Shown piece by piece: positions 9,271-19,326 of a stretch of 64,000 bases of DNA (position 1 is the first letter of the stretch; each line of letters opens with the position of its first letter). The stretch covers positions 12,408-76,407 of the forward strand of contig JAJYQS010000101.1 in the NCBI GenBank assembly GCA_021794475.1, written 5' to 3'. The notes below the pieces were generated by a model. The model was not told where the DNA came from, ran no database searches, and saw only the letters and a program-made list of their open reading frames with translations. Made by a program: the position numbers and the translations under genes. The DNA comes from a bacterium. Lineage in GTDB: Bacteria; SZUA-79; Acidulodesulfobacterales; Acidulodesulfobacteraceae.

Positions 9271-9666
9271 TTAAAAAAAATATGCATGAGCGCTCGATGT
9301 TTTAAGCGAATGCAGCGTCAGCATTCCGGCTATCTGGATAGGTTTTACGGAAGTCACAAGTATATCTTCTTCAAGATGAAGAAGTTCTTTGCTTTTAGAG
9401 CAGATATAAATATTAATATATTCACCGTCATTTGTAAGATAAGAAATATTCTCATTCATAAGCTGCAAATATCCGGTTTCTATTTTATCGCTTTTATTTA
9501 AGTCTTTGGTGTAAAGAAGAGGTGACCTTGCCATACTGAAAATGAAAATATTCTGCTCCATAACCGCTAGCGTTCTGGCAAATATTAAACTGGCAATACA
9601 TTTTTCAGGTTCTTTTTCAGGATCGGACAGCTGAACAATAAGAATATTAGAATTTTCTTCTTCCAT
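9271..9666 (-). CDS. hypothetical protein, possibly DsrE/TusD-family sulfur-relay-like
   Basis: 131 aa. By-eye resemblance to DsrE/TusD topology: N-terminal beta strand ILIVQLS, central INIYICSKS with a Cys at the position of the TusD active-site Cys, C-terminal ...LTLHSLKTSSAHAYFF. No search was run. Confidence 0.35.
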   Translation of the reverse strand: MEEENSNILIVQLSDPEKEPEKCIASLIFARTLAVMEQNIFIFSMARSPLLYTKDLNKSDKIETGYLQLMNENISYLTNDGEYINIYICSKSKELLHLEEDILVTSVKPIQIAGMLTLHSLKTSSAHAYFF

Positions 9667-9854
9667 AAAATTTAATAATTACATTTAAGTTAATTTAAAT
9701 TAGAGTATTGATACCGTTTTTTAAATCTTTATATTAATTAATAGAATAATAAATTTGAAATGGACATTATTGTTTCGCAAATTTCCATTTTTCAAATATT
9801 AAAAACGAAAAGAAATTATAAATTGAGAAAAACAAAATTAAAACATGTCCGTCC

Positions 9855-10769
9855 TTAATTTTCTACTTTTAAGTAATCGGTGAGCCAGTCTTTTAAATGC
9901 AGTCTGTTAAGTCCGAATAAATCATCAATTTCTTTCATATCGTTTTCACAGATATTATCGTATTTAAGCATTTTAATCTGGTCTGACGTTACAGGCAGAC
10001 CTTTTGCCCTAAAAAATTTTTCTACAAATTCAATCCCATTTTCAACTATAAACGACGGTGCATGAATTTTTATTTTTTTAGGAGGCATTATTTCCATTAT
10101 TAAATCTATAATACCTTCAAAAGAATAAATATCCGGTCCGCACAGAGTATATATTTTATGATATGCCGTTTCGTTAAATAAAGCTCCCGCGTACGATTTG
10201 GCAACGGACAAGACATCTACCGGAGCAAACTTGTCTTCGCCGGTTCCAATGATGGGAACAAAAAGCCGTCCTTTAATCAGTTTAATTAAATCGTCAAAAA
10301 AAGCCGCATTATCTCCAAATATCAGCGAAGGTTTAAAAATTGTCCAGTCTAATCCGGAGTTTTCAACTAACTTCTGACCTTCATACTTAGATGTATAATA
10401 AACGGATTCTGATTTCTCAGACGCCCCGTTAGCGCTCATGTGGACAAACCTTTTTATATTATGATTCTTTGCCAGTTGTAATAAAATTTCAGAATATTCA
10501 ACATGTACTTTTTGGAAAGAAAAATCGGACTGCTGTTTTATAATACCGACAAGATTTATTATAGCGTCAAATTTATTTTCAGCAAAAAAATCATCTAGAG
10601 AATTGATATTTTCCAGATTTCCTTCAAAAACCTCGAAACCGGTCTGTCTCAACGTTGAAGCCTTTTTACTGTTTCTTTCAAGTAAAACAACTGATGCTCC
10701 GCTCTTTTTTATTTCACCGCTAATTATCGAACCGACAAAACCTGTTCCGCCTGTAATAAAAACTTTCAT
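9855..10769 (-). CDS. NAD(P)-binding SDR-family protein (NmrA/NDUFA9/epimerase-like)
   Basis: N-terminal Rossmann motif MKVFITGGTGFVGS, 304 aa, extended-SDR layout. Confidence 0.7.
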   Translation of the reverse strand: MKVFITGGTGFVGSIISGEIKKSGASVVLLERNSKKASTLRQTGFEVFEGNLENINSLDDFFAENKFDAIINLVGIIKQQSDFSFQKVHVEYSEILLQLAKNHNIKRFVHMSANGASEKSESVYYTSKYEGQKLVENSGLDWTIFKPSLIFGDNAAFFDDLIKLIKGRLFVPIIGTGEDKFAPVDVLSVAKSYAGALFNETAYHKIYTLCGPDIYSFEGIIDLIMEIMPPKKIKIHAPSFIVENGIEFVEKFFRAKGLPVTSDQIKMLKYDNICENDMKEIDDLFGLNRLHLKDWLTDYLKVEN

Positions 10770-10942
10770 AAAATTTTATAGTTCCAAGAACAGCGTATTC
10801 ATGCTGAATAGAAGAACTATCCTTTTTGTTTTAAGCGTAAAAAATATTTAATTATCAATGTTGAATTATCGAGTTTTTATCAAATCTTAAACCTTATATC
10901 TTAAATCTTTATTTAAAATATATCTATTTAAGATATATCTAT

Positions 10943-11899
10943 TTAAGATATATCCTTATAATCAAAATAATGTATTGCTTCAATATATCTTGCAGTTCTT
11001 GTTTTTGACCTCATAACGACAGAACTGGTTTTTGCTCCGCCGGGAAAAAAAACTACGCCAGGCAAATATTCGCCGGTTGTAACCCCTGTTGCGGCAAAAA
11101 TAACATCGCCGGAAGCAAGCTCATCTATGCTGTATATTTTATCGAAATCCTCAATGCCCATTTTCTTAGCGCGTTCTTTTTCTTCTTCGTTTCTAAATGT
11201 AAGCCTCCCCTGCATATCGCCGCCGACGCATCTGAGTGCGGCAGCGCTGATAACCCCCTCTGGAGCTCCGCCTATTCCCATAAGCACATCAACACCCGTA
11301 TCTTCTTTTGCCGCAGCAATAGCGCCGGAGATATCGCCGTCTTGAATCAATTTTATTCTTGCGCCGGACTTTCTTACTTCGCTAATTAAGTTTTGATGAC
11401 GTTCTCTATTGAGAATCACGACGGTAAGGTCTTCAACATATCTGTTGAGAGCCTCGGCAATTCTCTGAAGATTTTTAGAAGGACTGAGTGTTAAATCTAT
11501 CGCTCCTTTTGCTTTTGGTCCGACAGCTATTTTATCCATATAAGTGTCAGGCGCATGTAAAAAATGCCCGTGGTCGGCTATAGCCATAACCGAGATGCTG
11601 TTCTGCCCGCCCTGAGCGCAAATAGTCGTTCCTTCCAACGGGTCAACCGCTATATCTACCGCCTGTCCTTTACCTGTTCCGACTTTTTCGCCTATATAAA
11701 GCATAGGCGCCTGATCTCTTTCTCCTTCACCGATAACAATTGTGCCGTCAATATCTATCCAGTCAAGCGAACTTCTCATTGAATCCACCGCAGCCTTATC
11801 GGCAGCTTTTTCATCACCTCTTCCTACATGCTTTGCAGATGCGATAGCAGCATGTTCTGTAACACGTACAAACTCAATTGTTAAGGTCTTATCATCCAT
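10943..11899 (-). CDS. glpX: class II fructose-1,6-bisphosphatase (GlpX type)
   Basis: 318 aa with GlpX hallmarks (VTEHAAIASAKHVGRGDEKAADKAAVDSMR, DPLEGTT, MGIGGAPEGV). Confidence 0.9.
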   Translation of the reverse strand: MDDKTLTIEFVRVTEHAAIASAKHVGRGDEKAADKAAVDSMRSSLDWIDIDGTIVIGEGERDQAPMLYIGEKVGTGKGQAVDIAVDPLEGTTICAQGGQNSISVMAIADHGHFLHAPDTYMDKIAVGPKAKGAIDLTLSPSKNLQRIAEALNRYVEDLTVVILNRERHQNLISEVRKSGARIKLIQDGDISGAIAAAKEDTGVDVLMGIGGAPEGVISAAALRCVGGDMQGRLTFRNEEEKERAKKMGIEDFDKIYSIDELASGDVIFAATGVTTGEYLPGVVFFPGGAKTSSVVMRSKTRTARYIEAIHYFDYKDIS

Positions 11900-12041
11900 T
11901 TTTAGCCATCCTTATATAATTAATATATTATTAATCAGCGCATTAATTAATATATAAATCGACATATTACATTAGTCAATATAACAAATATGATAATGTA
12001 TAATTTTTAAAAAATTATCAAATTTTAATCCTTTTAATGCT

Positions 12042-12839
12042 TTAATCCTGTGGCAGAGGGCGCTCGGGAACACCGTCGTATTCATGCAGGTCAGACCTTA
12101 ATCTTCTGAATGGTTTTTCCCTGAGCCATTCTTCAAACACCTGTCCGACTAATCCCGCAGACCTTGCTATAATAAACAATCCTTTTCCGAGTCTATAATC
12201 TAAACCCATATCTGACATTATAGCGCCTATTGCTCCGTCAACGTTGAGAGGCAATTTTTGTTCAGGCTTTTTATTTTTAAATTCTTCGGCAATCGCAACT
12301 GCAAGTTCTACATAGGCACCGCCAAAATTTAATGATTTTGCGACTGTAAGCAGTCTTGTAGTTCTAGGGTCAATTGAGTGCAGTTTATGACCGTAACCTG
12401 CCAATCTTTTTTTATTCTTAAGCGCATCTTCGACTATTTTTTTAGCCGTTTCGGCGATATTAATATTTTTAACATCTTTATCTTTTAATTCGTCTTGAAA
12501 TAACTTGGCAGCTTTCTCTATAGCACCGCCGTGCGCATCTCCAAGTGTAAGTATTCCGCCGGCAACAGCTGCATTAAGAGAATTTCCGCCTGAAAATATG
12601 GTTCTCGCCGCAACGGCGGAAGGCGGAGCAATGCCTGCATCAATGCTTGAAACCAATATGGCATCAAGCATTTTTGCTTCAGCCTGATTCGGCATTTCTC
12701 CTTTTAAAAGAAGAAAACAGACGTCGGCATATGACTTATTTCCAATTAAATTATCGAGATTGTATCCGCGAATTAGAATTTTACCGTCCTGATTTGACGT
12801 TATAGCAGTGCGCCATTCTTTTGGTTTTTCATCAGACAT
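12042..12839 (-). CDS. ccl: citryl-CoA lyase (short citrate-synthase-like protein)
   Basis: 265 aa matching the C-terminal citrate-synthase/ACL lyase core (GDAHGGA, GYGHKLH). Adjacent to the ccsAB-like genes. Confidence 0.75.
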   Translation of the reverse strand: MSDEKPKEWRTAITSNQDGKILIRGYNLDNLIGNKSYADVCFLLLKGEMPNQAEAKMLDAILVSSIDAGIAPPSAVAARTIFSGGNSLNAAVAGGILTLGDAHGGAIEKAAKLFQDELKDKDVKNINIAETAKKIVEDALKNKKRLAGYGHKLHSIDPRTTRLLTVAKSLNFGGAYVELAVAIAEEFKNKKPEQKLPLNVDGAIGAIMSDMGLDYRLGKGLFIIARSAGLVGQVFEEWLREKPFRRLRSDLHEYDGVPERPLPQD

Positions 12840-13185
12840 ATTAGATTTACTCCAGGATTTTGTATAATTTTTTAATTTTAATAATTAATAATTATATATA
12901 ATTCTTATAATTCTTATAATTCTACTAATATAATACTATTTCTTATATTTTGCAAACATAAAATAATCAGAAATAGTAAAACAATGCCCAGATAAAAAAT
13001 TAACACCTTGATATCGTAAAACATCAAGTAAAACATCAAGATGTTAATTATAAATTTACTCCGGTGAAAACTACCTATTAATAAATTAACAGGGCGAGCA
13101 GCCTGAATGCTGGTTAAAAACGACCTGTCTCAACGTACGACAGCTACACCGATATTTTTCTAAAAATATTTAATATTTAATTAAG

Positions 13186-14187
13186 TTAAGAAGCCTTAAG
13201 AGTGCTATAAAGAGGTTTTACATTATCGGAAGAAGTGTCTTCAAAGTCTTTTTTTACTCCGAGAGATATAAGACAATTGACTAAATCGTGATAGAATCTC
13301 GCTACTTTAACAGTACCTGTTTTTTTTCCGACTTCTTCAAGGAAATTAATCTTATCGGTAGCCTTGCCCATACCCCTTTCAACAATAGCGCCGGCATGAC
13401 CGAATGCAACACCGTCCGGCATATTTTCCTGAAATACACCTGAAACAAATATTGCAAGAGGCTTAGTATATCCGCCTTTTAATATTAATTCTGCAACCTG
13501 TTCTTCGTATGTTCCTCCCGGTTCACCAAGAATTACGCAGGCATTAACATTAGTATCTTTTTCCAGTTCCGGCAGCACATCCGCAAAAGTAGTGCAGGAT
13601 ATAATATCTCCTCCCAGAGCAAGTGCCATATATATGCCGTATCCGCGTCTTTTAATCATTTCGGAAGTAGTTACCGTTAGCCCCCCGCTTTTTGATAAAA
13701 CAACTACGGAGCCTTCTTTAAAAGCAATGCTTGGGTCTTTTCCGCCGATTGCGCCGATCCTACCCACAGAGGGCACGAAACACCCTAACGAAGTACCTCC
13801 TATAACGGTCACTCCCTTAGATTTAGCTATTTCATAAATAATAATAGAATCTCTGATAGGAACGTGTTCCGTTATTATATACATAAGTTTTATACCGTGG
13901 TTAATCAATTCCATTACCGCGTCCAGAACAGAAGTAGGCGGCACATATATAAGCCCGGTATTTACTGTTTTTTTAAATTCCGGAACTGTGAGCGCTTCTT
14001 TAACTGTATCAAAAACAGGAACTTTCAGCGCATCGTTGGGAATTCCGCCTTTACCCGGAGTAACTCCGCATTTTACTATCCCCGGATAAAGTTTTTCAGA
14101 TTCTATTACAACCTGCGAAGCTTCTCTTCCTGTAATCCCGATAACTATAACGCCCGTCTCGTCATTTAAATATTTAGTGCCTTTCAT
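13186..14187 (-). CDS. ccsB: citryl-CoA synthetase small subunit (succinyl-CoA synthetase alpha-like)
   Basis: CoA-binding start VIGITGREAS, SKSGGLT, phosphohistidine loop GHAGAIV. Paired with the SucC-like gene and ccl. Confidence 0.75.
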   Translation of the reverse strand: MKGTKYLNDETGVIVIGITGREASQVVIESEKLYPGIVKCGVTPGKGGIPNDALKVPVFDTVKEALTVPEFKKTVNTGLIYVPPTSVLDAVMELINHGIKLMYIITEHVPIRDSIIIYEIAKSKGVTVIGGTSLGCFVPSVGRIGAIGGKDPSIAFKEGSVVVLSKSGGLTVTTSEMIKRRGYGIYMALALGGDIISCTTFADVLPELEKDTNVNACVILGEPGGTYEEQVAELILKGGYTKPLAIFVSGVFQENMPDGVAFGHAGAIVERGMGKATDKINFLEEVGKKTGTVKVARFYHDLVNCLISLGVKKDFEDTSSDNVKPLYSTLKAS

Positions 14188-14223
14188 AATTTAATTATCT
14201 CCATGTCTGTTATAATCTGATAT

Positions 14224-15465
14224 TTAAATAATTTTTCTTTCTTTTAATATATCGTAAAGTTTTTGAGGAGCGGCCGTTAAAGGAAGCTCTGAATCATAAA
14301 TTACAGCTTCTATATTATTTTTTACAAAACAGTCGTTTAACATCTGCAATCCTTTTTTGTATTCAGGACCGCTCCTTCTTACAACCCATATTATTCCTTG
14401 AGGAAAAGTCCCTGCCTCTATCATTTCTTCGATGGCGGAAACAAGACCCTCTCCAAGCGTCACGTCAATTCTGGTATTGCTTGCAGTGCCTCCGCAGACG
14501 AGGACGGCTTTTAATCCCGGCTTGGATAAAATTATTTTGGTTATTTTATTCATTTTTTCCGCCGGCGGATTGCCGCCGATATCTGTCAGATTTGCCGGTT
14601 TTAATCCGAGTGCGATAACCGTTTCTGCCGTAATTGTGGAGCCGCCTCCGCCGAAAGTCATAAGAGCAATATTACCGTCAAGTTCGACATAAGAACCTGC
14701 TTTCCCACGATGGTCGTCCCTGTCTATAAGATGGGCTGCCGATTCCCTTTCCGTTAACGGTCTTCCCATTGACCCTCTTGCCGAATATATCTTTGACGGC
14801 GCGATTCGTGCGTCGTCGTCAATTATTGTTACGGCATCAAGAGCGAGTATTTTTTGTTTTCCAGGGACTTTTTTATCCTCAACAATAGCTATCGGATTAA
14901 CTTCCACTAGCCTTGCTTCTGAACTCCAGAAACCGTGATACATATTTGCAACAACTTCAGAAAGCTGCCTTAGAATTTCTTTATCCTGCAATCCAATTTC
15001 AAGAAGAATCTCTCTAACTTTGTAAGCAAAAAGCCCTTCCAGCGGGTCAATATCAAACGTAAAAATTTTTGCAGGCTCCTGTTCTTCAATTTCCATACCG
15101 CCTTGCAAGGAAATTACAAGCACAGGCTTTCTATGCTTTGAAGAATATGTAAAACTTACATAAAGTTCTTTCAATATTGAAGCCTTTTCCTGCAAAATAA
15201 CGCTTACAGGCATTTCCCCATAAACATCGCTGGACATTAAAGCCTTCACTTGTTCGTTTGCTTCATCTCCGGTCGACGCAAATTTAACGGCTCCAGCCTT
15301 GCCCCTTTTCCCGACCAGAACCTGAGATTTCAAAACAACATCGCCATACTGGTCAACAAAATCCTCGACATTTTGCCCGGGATGTTGAACTACTAAATAT
15401 TTAGGAGTAGGGACACCGTATTTTTTAAATATCGCGTCATATGTTTCATATTCATAAAGTTTCAT
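14224..15465 (-). CDS. ccsA: citryl-CoA synthetase large subunit (succinyl-CoA synthetase beta / ACL beta-like ATP-grasp)
   Basis: 413 aa with an ATP-grasp N-terminus (MKLYEYETYDAIFKKYGVPTP). GGAGG Shine-Dalgarno 8 nt upstream. Sits between cfiA and ccsB. Confidence 0.75.
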   Translation of the reverse strand: MKLYEYETYDAIFKKYGVPTPKYLVVQHPGQNVEDFVDQYGDVVLKSQVLVGKRGKAGAVKFASTGDEANEQVKALMSSDVYGEMPVSVILQEKASILKELYVSFTYSSKHRKPVLVISLQGGMEIEEQEPAKIFTFDIDPLEGLFAYKVREILLEIGLQDKEILRQLSEVVANMYHGFWSSEARLVEVNPIAIVEDKKVPGKQKILALDAVTIIDDDARIAPSKIYSARGSMGRPLTERESAAHLIDRDDHRGKAGSYVELDGNIALMTFGGGGSTITAETVIALGLKPANLTDIGGNPPAEKMNKITKIILSKPGLKAVLVCGGTASNTRIDVTLGEGLVSAIEEMIEAGTFPQGIIWVVRRSGPEYKKGLQMLNDCFVKNNIEAVIYDSELPLTAAPQKLYDILKERKII

Positions 15466-15486
15466 AAGTAAATACCTCCATTAATA

Positions 15487-17412
15487 TCAGGGTTCTATTC
15501 TAAGAAGTGCATCTGCAGGGGTTATATTGTCGCCGGCTTTAACATAAATAGCTTTTACCGTCCCTGATATCGGAGCATGAATTTCATTTTCCATTTTCAT
15601 TGCTTCCACTATTGCTATTGTTTGACCCTTTTCAACCTTATCGGCTTCTTTGACAAGAATTTTTGCGACTCTGCCGGATATCGGGGCAGTAGCGTCACCT
15701 TCCTGAAGAACATTACGCTGCGCCGTTGATTGTGCTCCTGGTGTTCTGCACTGGGAATAATTGCCGCCACCTACTGCAGCTTCAACTTTTGAATAAAGCT
15801 GAACTTCTTCAAGTTTGCCTTGTACTCTCACGTAATATTTTCTTGGTTTTCCCTGTTCCTGGCTTGGAGAAACGCCTTCTACTTTAACGCTGAATTTATC
15901 GCCATGATATGTAATGTCAAACTCTACAGGAGCTGCATTTTCCATAACACCCGGCTGCGTTTCTATCATTTCCTCAGCGCCGGCAATAACATCAGACACA
16001 AGACCTCCGCTCTCTCTGGCCTTTAAAAATTCCATTCCCTGCATCGGGAAAAGTACATATAAAAGTATATCTTCATCTGATTTTGCTAATATTCCGACTT
16101 CCTTAACGGCATTATCCCATTCGTTTGCGTCCGCGCTTTCGCTGGGCTTTTTGCTGTAATCAGGTTTTTTGTCCGGTCCCAAAATTTTAGTAACAAGTTC
16201 CTTAGACACCGTTCCTGGAGGCATTCCATATTTTCCGGCTACATAGTCTCTGACTTCCTTTGTAATAATTTTATATCTTTCTCCTGAAATAACGTTCAAA
16301 ACAGCCTGAACGCCGACTATCTGAGAAGACGGAGTAAGAAGAGGCGGATAGCCAAGGTCCTTTTCCACTATAGGGGTTTCCTTTAAAACTTCTTCTATTC
16401 TATCTGAAGCATTAGCTTCTTTTAACTGCGCCACCATATTTGAAATCATGCCGCCGGGGATTTTATGAATTAAAACCTTAGCGTTTACCCCGCCGTATTC
16501 TGTTTCGTATTTTTTATAATCCTTCCTTATCCCCGACATTATAGCAGCTGCTTCTTCTAAAATTTTAATATCTATGCCGGTATCATAAGGCGTACCCTGC
16601 AAAGCTGCAACAACGCTTTCAGTTGCGGGGTGAGAAGAACCGAAAGCCAAAGGTGATAAAACCGTATCCAGCATATCCACGCCTGCATAGATAGCCATCA
16701 TATGGTTCATTATTGCCGTTCCGCTCATATCGTGATTATGAAGTAAAACCTTTATTTTATCGCCGACTTTATCTTTTATGCTTTTTATAATATTATACGT
16801 ATCTAAAGGCATCATGATACCTGTTGCATCTTTGAATGATATCCAGTCTGGAGCAATCTCGATAAGCTCATCGGCATATTGCATCCATTTTTCGTAAGTG
16901 TGAACAGGGCTTTTCGTGTAGCTTATTTCGGCGTGGCACTCGCCGCCCAGTTCTTTTACCGCCTTGCAGGCAACTTCAATATTTCTGTTATCGTTCAGCG
17001 AATCGAAAACTCTAAAAACTGTTATTCCGTTTTTAAGCGCTTTTTCCACAAACTTATACACTACTTTATCCGCTCTAGGTCTATAGCCGACTATGCTCTG
17101 ACCGCGGAACAGCATCTGAAGTTTTGTTTTGGGCATTACTTCTTTTATGCGTCTCAGTCTTTCCCACGGGTCTTCTTTCAAGTACCTGAGGCAAACATCG
17201 TATGTAGCTCCTCCCCACATCTCAAAAGCATACAAACCGGCTTTGTCCATTTTTTCGCATAACGGAATTAAATCATCGGTCTTAACCCTTGTTGCTAACT
17301 TGCATTGAATCCCGTCTCTTGCCGTTAAATCAGTTATTAATATTTTCTTTGGCTTTGCCGCTTCAATCTTACCTTCTTTCAACATTTCTTCAATAGTTTC
17401 GATAGTGCTCAT
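15487..17412 (-). CDS. cfiA: 2-oxoglutarate carboxylase large subunit (carboxyltransferase + C-terminal biotinyl domain); a two-subunit pyruvate carboxylase B subunit is the alternative
   Basis: HMGL-like TIM-barrel start (ITDLTARDGIQ) and a C-terminal biotin attachment motif EAMKMEN. Start moved to the ATG at 17412 (MSTIETIEEM), which has AGGAGG 6 nt upstream; the track ORF extends to 17445. Confidence 0.7.
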   Translation of the reverse strand: MSTIETIEEMLKEGKIEAAKPKKILITDLTARDGIQCKLATRVKTDDLIPLCEKMDKAGLYAFEMWGGATYDVCLRYLKEDPWERLRRIKEVMPKTKLQMLFRGQSIVGYRPRADKVVYKFVEKALKNGITVFRVFDSLNDNRNIEVACKAVKELGGECHAEISYTKSPVHTYEKWMQYADELIEIAPDWISFKDATGIMMPLDTYNIIKSIKDKVGDKIKVLLHNHDMSGTAIMNHMMAIYAGVDMLDTVLSPLAFGSSHPATESVVAALQGTPYDTGIDIKILEEAAAIMSGIRKDYKKYETEYGGVNAKVLIHKIPGGMISNMVAQLKEANASDRIEEVLKETPIVEKDLGYPPLLTPSSQIVGVQAVLNVISGERYKIITKEVRDYVAGKYGMPPGTVSKELVTKILGPDKKPDYSKKPSESADANEWDNAVKEVGILAKSDEDILLYVLFPMQGMEFLKARESGGLVSDVIAGAEEMIETQPGVMENAAPVEFDITYHGDKFSVKVEGVSPSQEQGKPRKYYVRVQGKLEEVQLYSKVEAAVGGGNYSQCRTPGAQSTAQRNVLQEGDATAPISGRVAKILVKEADKVEKGQTIAIVEAMKMENEIHAPISGTVKAIYVKAGDNITPADALLRIEP

Positions 17413-17422
17413 TGATATCCTC

Positions 17423-18841
17423 CTATAAACCGTGATAGGCTGCAAGCGCAGCGCTTATAAATGCAACATAGTCTTCTTTGTCTTTAACTTCGTCATAATT
17501 AAAAACTTCAGGATGTTCTTCTAAATATTTTGTAGTAAATAAACCTGTTTTAAAATCTTCCTGCTGAATTATTTGTTTAAGAATCGGTATAGTAGTTTTT
17601 ATGCCGCTTATTTCATAAGAATCCAGAGCTATTTTTGTTTTTTGTATCGCTTCTTCAAATGTTTTTCCCCAGCATATTAATTTAGCAATCAGAGAATCAT
17701 AATATGGCGTAACTTCAAAGCCGACTGAAACAGCGCTTTCAACCCTGATGTTATTGCCTCCCGGCACATAATATCTCTCTACCGTGCCGATACTCGGACG
17801 GAAATCATGTTTAGAATCCTCGGCATTTATTCGACATTCTATCGCAAATCCGTTTAATTTTACGTCTTCCTGTTTTATCTCAAGCTTTTGACCGGCGGCT
17901 ATCTTGATTTGCTCTTTTACTATATCGACACCTGTGATCATTTCGGTAACAGGATGCTCAACCTGCACCCTTGTATTCATTTCAATAAAATAAGTATTAC
18001 CCTGCAAATCCGAAACGTTCTCGATGGTACCTGCGCTGTAATAACCTATCTGCTTACATGCATTCACCATAGCATCGCCGTAAAACTTACGTTTTTCTTC
18101 GGTAAGTATTATAGAAGGTGCTATTTCAATCATCTTTTGATTTTTTCTCTGAATTGAACAGTCTCTTTCACCAAGATGAATTACATTACCGTATTTATCT
18201 CCAAGAATTTGAAACTCGGTGTGCTTCGGGTTCTCAATAAATTTTTCTAAAAGCAGGTCACCGTTTCCAAATGCCTTTTTGGCTTCCGAATAAGCGCTTT
18301 CATAGTTCTTTTTCAATTCTTCTTCATTTTTGCATAGCCTGATACCGCGTCCGCCGCCGCCTGCCGTAGCCTTAAGAAGGATAGGGTAAGTAATTTCTTT
18401 AGCAATTTCAATAGCTTCTTCTAAAGATTTCAAAATACCGTCGCTCCCCGGAACTGTAGCAACCCCAAATCTTTTCATAACCTCTTTTGAGCGCGCCTTA
18501 TCACCCATTAAGGCAATAACTTTCGAAGACGGGCCTATGAAATTAACATTGTTATCCTCGGCAGCCTTTGCAAATTCTGCATTTTCCGCCAGAAAACCGT
18601 ATCCGGGATGAACCGCATCCGCGCCTATTGATTTTGCCAAGTCAATAATAAGCTCGTAATTTAAATAGGCATCCAAGGGATTAGCTCCCAGCATATATGC
18701 TTCATCTGCCATTTTTACGTGTCTTGCCGTCGGCTCGACTTCGGAAAAAATTGCAGCCGTCGGAATATCCAGTTCTTTAGCCGCCCTGATAATTCTGCAG
18801 GCTATTTCTCCCCGATTTGCTATAAGAATTTTCTTGAACAT
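17423..18841 (-). CDS. cfiB: 2-oxoglutarate carboxylase small subunit (biotin carboxylase)
   Basis: Biotin carboxylase N-terminus MFKKILIANRGEIACRIIRA, with ATP-grasp and BC C-terminal domains, 472 aa. Directly upstream of cfiA and downstream of icd. Confidence 0.7.
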   Translation of the reverse strand: MFKKILIANRGEIACRIIRAAKELDIPTAAIFSEVEPTARHVKMADEAYMLGANPLDAYLNYELIIDLAKSIGADAVHPGYGFLAENAEFAKAAEDNNVNFIGPSSKVIALMGDKARSKEVMKRFGVATVPGSDGILKSLEEAIEIAKEITYPILLKATAGGGGRGIRLCKNEEELKKNYESAYSEAKKAFGNGDLLLEKFIENPKHTEFQILGDKYGNVIHLGERDCSIQRKNQKMIEIAPSIILTEEKRKFYGDAMVNACKQIGYYSAGTIENVSDLQGNTYFIEMNTRVQVEHPVTEMITGVDIVKEQIKIAAGQKLEIKQEDVKLNGFAIECRINAEDSKHDFRPSIGTVERYYVPGGNNIRVESAVSVGFEVTPYYDSLIAKLICWGKTFEEAIQKTKIALDSYEISGIKTTIPILKQIIQQEDFKTGLFTTKYLEEHPEVFNYDEVKDKEDYVAFISAALAAYHGL

Positions 18842-18886
18842 AATTATATATTGCCCTCCATAATTGTTTATTATCCAGAGTATTGC

Positions 18887-19297
18887 TTACTGCACTATCT
18901 TAAAGGAATATGAAATAGGAGCTACTTGATTTATCAGATAAGCAATGCTGCATGTCTTATTAAGAGCTTCCTCGATAGCTTTCGTAACATCTTCGTCGGT
19001 AAGTTCTTTAGCTTTTATGATAAAAGATAAAGAAATCTTTGTGAAAACTTTAGGAGAAGTTTCTTTTCGTTCGCTGTCGGTATCCACTATAATATCTTCT
19101 ATATGCTTACCGCTTTTATGAAGAGCTTCGTAAACATGAATACCCATACACCCTGCAATAGAATAAAGAAAAAGTTCAGGCGGTCTTACCCCTCTGCCTT
19201 TTCCGCCGACGTATCCTGCCGCGTCAATGTTTATTTCGCCTGAGTCGCCTGAGCCGATAAAATGAAAATCTTCTTTCTGTCTAACCGATAATTTCAT
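18887..19297 (-). CDS. OsmC/Ohr-family protein
   Basis: 136 aa with OsmC-like spacing of two Cys (IAGCMG and KTCSIA). Confidence 0.65.
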   Translation of the reverse strand: MKLSVRQKEDFHFIGSGDSGEINIDAAGYVGGKGRGVRPPELFLYSIAGCMGIHVYEALHKSGKHIEDIIVDTDSERKETSPKVFTKISLSFIIKAKELTDEDVTKAIEEALNKTCSIAYLINQVAPISYSFKIVQ

Positions 19298-19326
19298 AAT
19301 TCACCCCCAAAATTTTGTTGCATAGT

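Noticed and set aside
17413-17445. 11-codon N-terminal extension of cfiA overlapping cfiB
   Set aside because: The internal ATG at 17412 has a perfect AGGAGG 6 nt upstream, and it removes the 23-nt overlap with cfiB.
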